NCBI GenBank assembly: GCA_963825475.1
Contig: CAWGTC010000001.1
Location: 315,742-379,741 of the forward strand
Reading direction: 5' to 3'
From: an uncultured Thermoleophilaceae bacterium
Lineage (GTDB): Bacteria; Actinomycetota; Thermoleophilia; Solirubrobacterales; Thermoleophilaceae
Length of the DNA stretch: 64,000 nucleotides
Both the position numbers and the translations under genes were made by a program. A model generated the notes under the pieces. It had not been told where the DNA came from and did not search any database. It saw only the letters and a program-made list of their open reading frames with translations. This document shows, piece after piece, positions 60,932-64,000 of this stretch (within the stretch, counting starts at the first letter, position 1; the number at the start of each line of letters is the position of its first letter).

Positions 60932-61870
60932 GTGGAAGTGAGCGTGATCGTGCCGGCGCGCGACGCCGAGGTCACGATCGGCCGAACTCTCGAGTGCCTG
61001 CGCGGCCAGCAGGCGCCGTTCGAGTACGAGGTGCTGGTGGTGGACGACGGCTCGCGCGACCGCACCCCCGACATTGCCGCCGCCGCGGGCGAACCGGTTC
61101 GCCTGCTGTCCCAGGATCCTGCGGGGCCGGCCGCCGCGCGCAATCGTGGGTGCGCCGCCGCTCGCGGCGCAGCCCTCGCCTTCTGCGACGCCGACTGCTT
61201 CCCGGAGCCCGGCTGGCTGGCATCGGGCGTTCGCGCGCTGGAGCAAGCCGATCTCGTCCAGGGGAGGGTCGGCCCGGACCCGGGTGCGGTGCTGGGGCCA
61301 TTCGACCGGAGCCTCTGGATAGACCACGAGGTGGGTCTGTGGGAGACGGCCAGCCTGTTCGTCTCCCGCGAGCTGTTCGACCGGGTCGGGGGGTTCGAGG
61401 ACTGGCTGCGGCCGGTTGCGGGCAAGGCCATGGCCGAGGATGTGTGGTTCGGGTGGCGCGCCAAGCGCGCCGGCGCGCGGTCCGCCTTCTGCGCCGAGGC
61501 GGTGGCCTACCACGCGGTCTTCTCACGCGGCGCCCGCGACTACGTGGCTGAGCGGCGGCGCGCGCGCCACTTCCCGGAGATGGTGGCCCGCATGCCCGAG
61601 CTGCGGCAGGCGTTCCTCTACCGGCGTGTCTTCCTCAGCCGCCGCTCGGCAGCCCTCGACGCGGCTCTGCTGGGCGCCGGCGCGGGGCTGGTGCTACGGC
61701 GTGCCTGGCCGCTGGTGGCGGTCTTGCCCTACATGGGACTCCTCAGAGCGCGTGCTCGGCCTCACGGCCGCTCGGGCGCTCACGTGGCGGCGGTGGAGGT
61801 GGCGGCCGACCTGGTGGGTGCCTGGTCGCTCGCCCTCGGCAGCCTGCGGACCCGCCGGCCCGTGCTCTAG
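60932..61870 (+). CDS. Glycosyltransferase family 2 (third member of the paralogue set)
   Basis: VSVIVPARDAEVTIGRTLECLRGQQAPFEYEVLVVDDGSRD and FCDADCFPEPGWL. The tail aligns with 28654-29646. Confidence 0.8.
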   Translation: MEVSVIVPARDAEVTIGRTLECLRGQQAPFEYEVLVVDDGSRDRTPDIAAAAGEPVRLLSQDPAGPAAARNRGCAAARGAALAFCDADCFPEPGWLASGVRALEQADLVQGRVGPDPGAVLGPFDRSLWIDHEVGLWETASLFVSRELFDRVGGFEDWLRPVAGKAMAEDVWFGWRAKRAGARSAFCAEAVAYHAVFSRGARDYVAERRRARHFPEMVARMPELRQAFLYRRVFLSRRSAALDAALLGAGAGLVLRRAWPLVAVLPYMGLLRARARPHGRSGAHVAAVEVAADLVGAWSLALGSLRTRRPVL

Positions 61871-62604
61871 GGCCTGAGCCGTTCGAGGCGGGTGCGAAGG
61901 CCGCTCCTCGGCGAGCCGGGGGCGGGACGGCTGGGAAGTCCGCGCGCCGCCAGCTCACGCCCGACGAAGTCTGAGAGGTAGCGGTTGTTCTCCTCCTCGT
62001 CGAGGCTGATCCGCTCGCGGTAGGAGAACCCGTCCCGCCACCACATGGCCTGCACGCGCGCTTCTTCGTCGAGCCGGTCCCAGAACCCGGGGGGAAAGTA
62101 CTGGTTCTCGTGGGCGTGGAGCGAGTGCAGCTTCAGGACGAACTCGATGTCGTCGCCCGCGACGTCGATCAGCCAGCGGTGGTGCGGCCAACCCACGAAC
62201 GCTCCGCCGAAGACTCCCCAGCTCTGCTCCTCGAGCCGGGAGGGCACCTCGATGTAGCCGGCCTTCGCGATCCTGACCATCTCGGCGCACACCCACACCG
62301 GATCGCGCACATCCTCGAGGGTGTGAGAGCAGACCACGAAGTCCACCGATCCATCCTCGAACGGATAGGGCTCCCGGGCGCAGAGGTCGCGTTGAACCCA
62401 CGTGTCCGCCGTGAAGCGCTCTGTTGCGCCCTCGCCCCGCGGCTCGATCCATCCGCGGCGCTCGTACAGGCCGCGGGTCTCGTAGGGCATCAGGTCGATC
62501 ACCCAGTCGGCGCGCGCCAGCGGGTCCGCCCATCCACCCACGTCGAGCACGACGGCCGAGTCGTCGAGCTGCTCCACGATCCTGCGCCGGCTGGCCTCGA
62601 GCAT
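61867..62604 (-). CDS. Class I SAM-dependent methyltransferase-like protein
   Basis: ATG 62604: MLEASRRRIVEQLDDSAVVLDVGGWADP...FVVCSHTLEDVRDPVWVCAEMVRIAKAGYIEVP. Confidence 0.65.
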   Translation of the reverse strand: MLEASRRRIVEQLDDSAVVLDVGGWADPLARADWVIDLMPYETRGLYERRGWIEPRGEGATERFTADTWVQRDLCAREPYPFEDGSVDFVVCSHTLEDVRDPVWVCAEMVRIAKAGYIEVPSRLEEQSWGVFGGAFVGWPHHRWLIDVAGDDIEFVLKLHSLHAHENQYFPPGFWDRLDEEARVQAMWWRDGFSYRERISLDEEENNRYLSDFVGRELAARGLPSRPAPGSPRSGLRTRLERLRP

Positions 62605-62666
62605 GCGCTCGAGTCTACGAGCGCCCGGGAACGGGTTCGCGGCGGCTGGTACCGTCGCGCGCCCCC

Positions 62667-63578
62667 ATGCCCGGCCGGCCACGGAAATGCGAGCTCTGCG
62701 ATCGGCCCGGGCCGTTCCCGCCACTGTACGAGCGCGGGGGATTCGTGCTCGTGCGCTGCCCGGAGTGCGGTCTGGTGTTTCAGGAGCCTCCGCCGTCCCC
62801 GGAGGCGATGGCGTCTCTCTATTACTTCAGCGACGAGCTGGCGGGGCGGTTGGAGACCGACCTGCGCGTGGTCGCATCGAAAAGGGCGAGGGAGAAGCGG
62901 TCGCTGCTCGACGAGGCGGGGGTCAGGCCCGGGGGGCGGACGCTCGACGTAGGCTGCTCGACCGGCGCGTGGCTGGAGGTGGCGCGGGATGCGGGATGGC
63001 AGCCGATCGGGATCGAGATCGGCGATGCCTTCGCGCAGGTGGCGAGGGGGCGCGGGTTCGAGGCGCATACGGGCACGCTGGCCGAGGTGGCGCCGGGTTT
63101 GGAGCCCCACTCGTTCGCGCTGATCACGTTCTGGGACGTGCTCGAGCATCTGCCGGAGCCGCGTGCGGCGCTGGAGCAGGCGGCCGGCCTGCTGGCGCCC
63201 GGCGGCGCGATCGCGCTGACGTTCCCCAACGTGGCCGGTCTCTACCCCCAGGCCACGCTTCGCCTGCTCGCCCGCCGCACCGGGATATGGGAGTACCCCG
63301 AGGTTCCGGCGCATCTGTACGACTTCTCGCCGTCCACGGCGGCCGGGTTGCTGGGCCGGGCCGGCCTCGAGCCCACGGCGGTGCGGACCACCGCCGTGCC
63401 CTTTTCCCACTACCGCTCCACGGCCATGGCCGACCAGCTGGCCGGCCGCGGCTGGAGGGGCTGGGTGCTGAGGTTGGCGTTCGAGGCGCTGCACGCGGTG
63501 CTGTACCCGGTGGCGGCCTTGTCGGGCCGGGGGAACGCGTTGTTCGTCGTCGCCGGGCCTCGAGTGCCTCAGAGGTAG
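62667..63578 (+). CDS. Class I SAM-dependent methyltransferase with N-terminal zinc ribbon
   Basis: MPGRPRKCELC...RCPECG, TLDVGCSTGAWLEVARDAGWQPIGIEI, and FWDVLEHLPEP. Confidence 0.75.
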   Translation: MPGRPRKCELCDRPGPFPPLYERGGFVLVRCPECGLVFQEPPPSPEAMASLYYFSDELAGRLETDLRVVASKRAREKRSLLDEAGVRPGGRTLDVGCSTGAWLEVARDAGWQPIGIEIGDAFAQVARGRGFEAHTGTLAEVAPGLEPHSFALITFWDVLEHLPEPRAALEQAAGLLAPGGAIALTFPNVAGLYPQATLRLLARRTGIWEYPEVPAHLYDFSPSTAAGLLGRAGLEPTAVRTTAVPFSHYRSTAMADQLAGRGWRGWVLRLAFEALHAVLYPVAALSGRGNALFVVAGPRVPQR

Positions 63579-63601
63579 GCTGCACGACCGTGCCGGGCAC
63601 C

Positions 63602-64000
63602 ATGGACACCGAGCAGCTGCAGCGCCTCGTGGACGAGCGGCGCTGGTACCACACGCTCGAGCTGGCGCCCGGGATCACCACGCCGGGGTTCTTCGACCAC
63701 AGGCCGATGGTGGACCGCTACGAGCTTCCAGAGTCGCTGGCGGGCAAGCGGGCCCTCGACGTGGGCACCTTCGACGGCTTCTGGGCCTTCGAGCTCGAAC
63801 GCCGGGGCGCGGATGTCGTAGCCCTCGACGTGGACGATCTGGCCGGCTCGACTGGCCGCCCCGCATGCGCGAGAAGGGCGTGCGGGGCGAAGAGGCCAAC
63901 GCGGAGATGTTGAGCGCCGGCGCCAGCTTCGAGGTCGCCCGCGCGGCGCTGTCCAGCTCGGTCCGGCGCGAGGTGGTCAACATCTACGACGCCACCCCGG
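63602..64000 (+). pseudogene. Class I SAM-dependent methyltransferase (paralogue of 35487-36227), apparent 1-nt deletion at about 63847, truncated by the window edge
   Basis: MDTEQLQRLVDERRWYHTLELAPGITTPGFFD...ALDVGTFDGFWAFELERRGADVVALDVDDLAG, then the next frame continues LDWPPRMREKGVRGEEANAEMLSAGASFEVARAALSSSVRREVVNIYDATP. Confidence 0.6.

Overview
High-GC (about 70%), densely coding, Actinobacteria-like chromosomal segment. I recognised no rRNA, tRNA, CRISPR array, transposase or integrase.

Contents from left to right:
1. A minus-strand operon of MBL hydrolase, DagK-like lipid kinase and a kinase-fold protein whose catalytic motifs are all substituted.
2. Two translationally coupled, paralogous giant coiled-coil proteins with a shared C-terminal CxxC...CPDC zinc ribbon. 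The second carries near-identical 327/339-bp tandem repeats and a frameshifting 10-bp duplication.
3. A complete kinase-type lasso-peptide cluster (9153-15684): cyclase, two tandem precursor genes ending in Ser, a LuxR-type regulator, a PqqD-like RRE, an HprK-like kinase, a B2 protease and an ABC exporter.
4. About 45 kb of envelope-glycopolymer genes:
 - initiating phosphotransferase, Wzx, Wzy and Wzz
 - an Alg13/Alg14 pair and about 13 GT-A/GT-B glycosyltransferases
 - 3 GT-C membrane transferases and 2 TagF-like glycerophosphotransferases
 - 12 SAM methyltransferases and a sulfotransferase
 - PMM and a DPPR-synthase-like UbiA enzyme
5. A second, orphan module (42045-44852). A paralogous HprK-like kinase and an NTP_transf_5 nucleotidyltransferase flank a 176-aa protein that combines a lasso-leader-like N-terminus with an LPFTG sortase signal. 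I regard this as the most novel candidate system in the window.
6. A vapBC module plus a secreted-protein gene, bracketed by 141-bp direct repeats derived from the PMM 3' end.
7. A SAM-I riboswitch in front of a ThrC-like / MoaD-like sulfur-carrier pair.

At least nine genes are interrupted by frameshifts. Some are caused by short tandem duplications and some by 1-nt indels. From the sequence alone I cannot separate real decay from consensus indel errors.

All calls come from reading the translations by eye. Start codons are approximate, and no database search was run.
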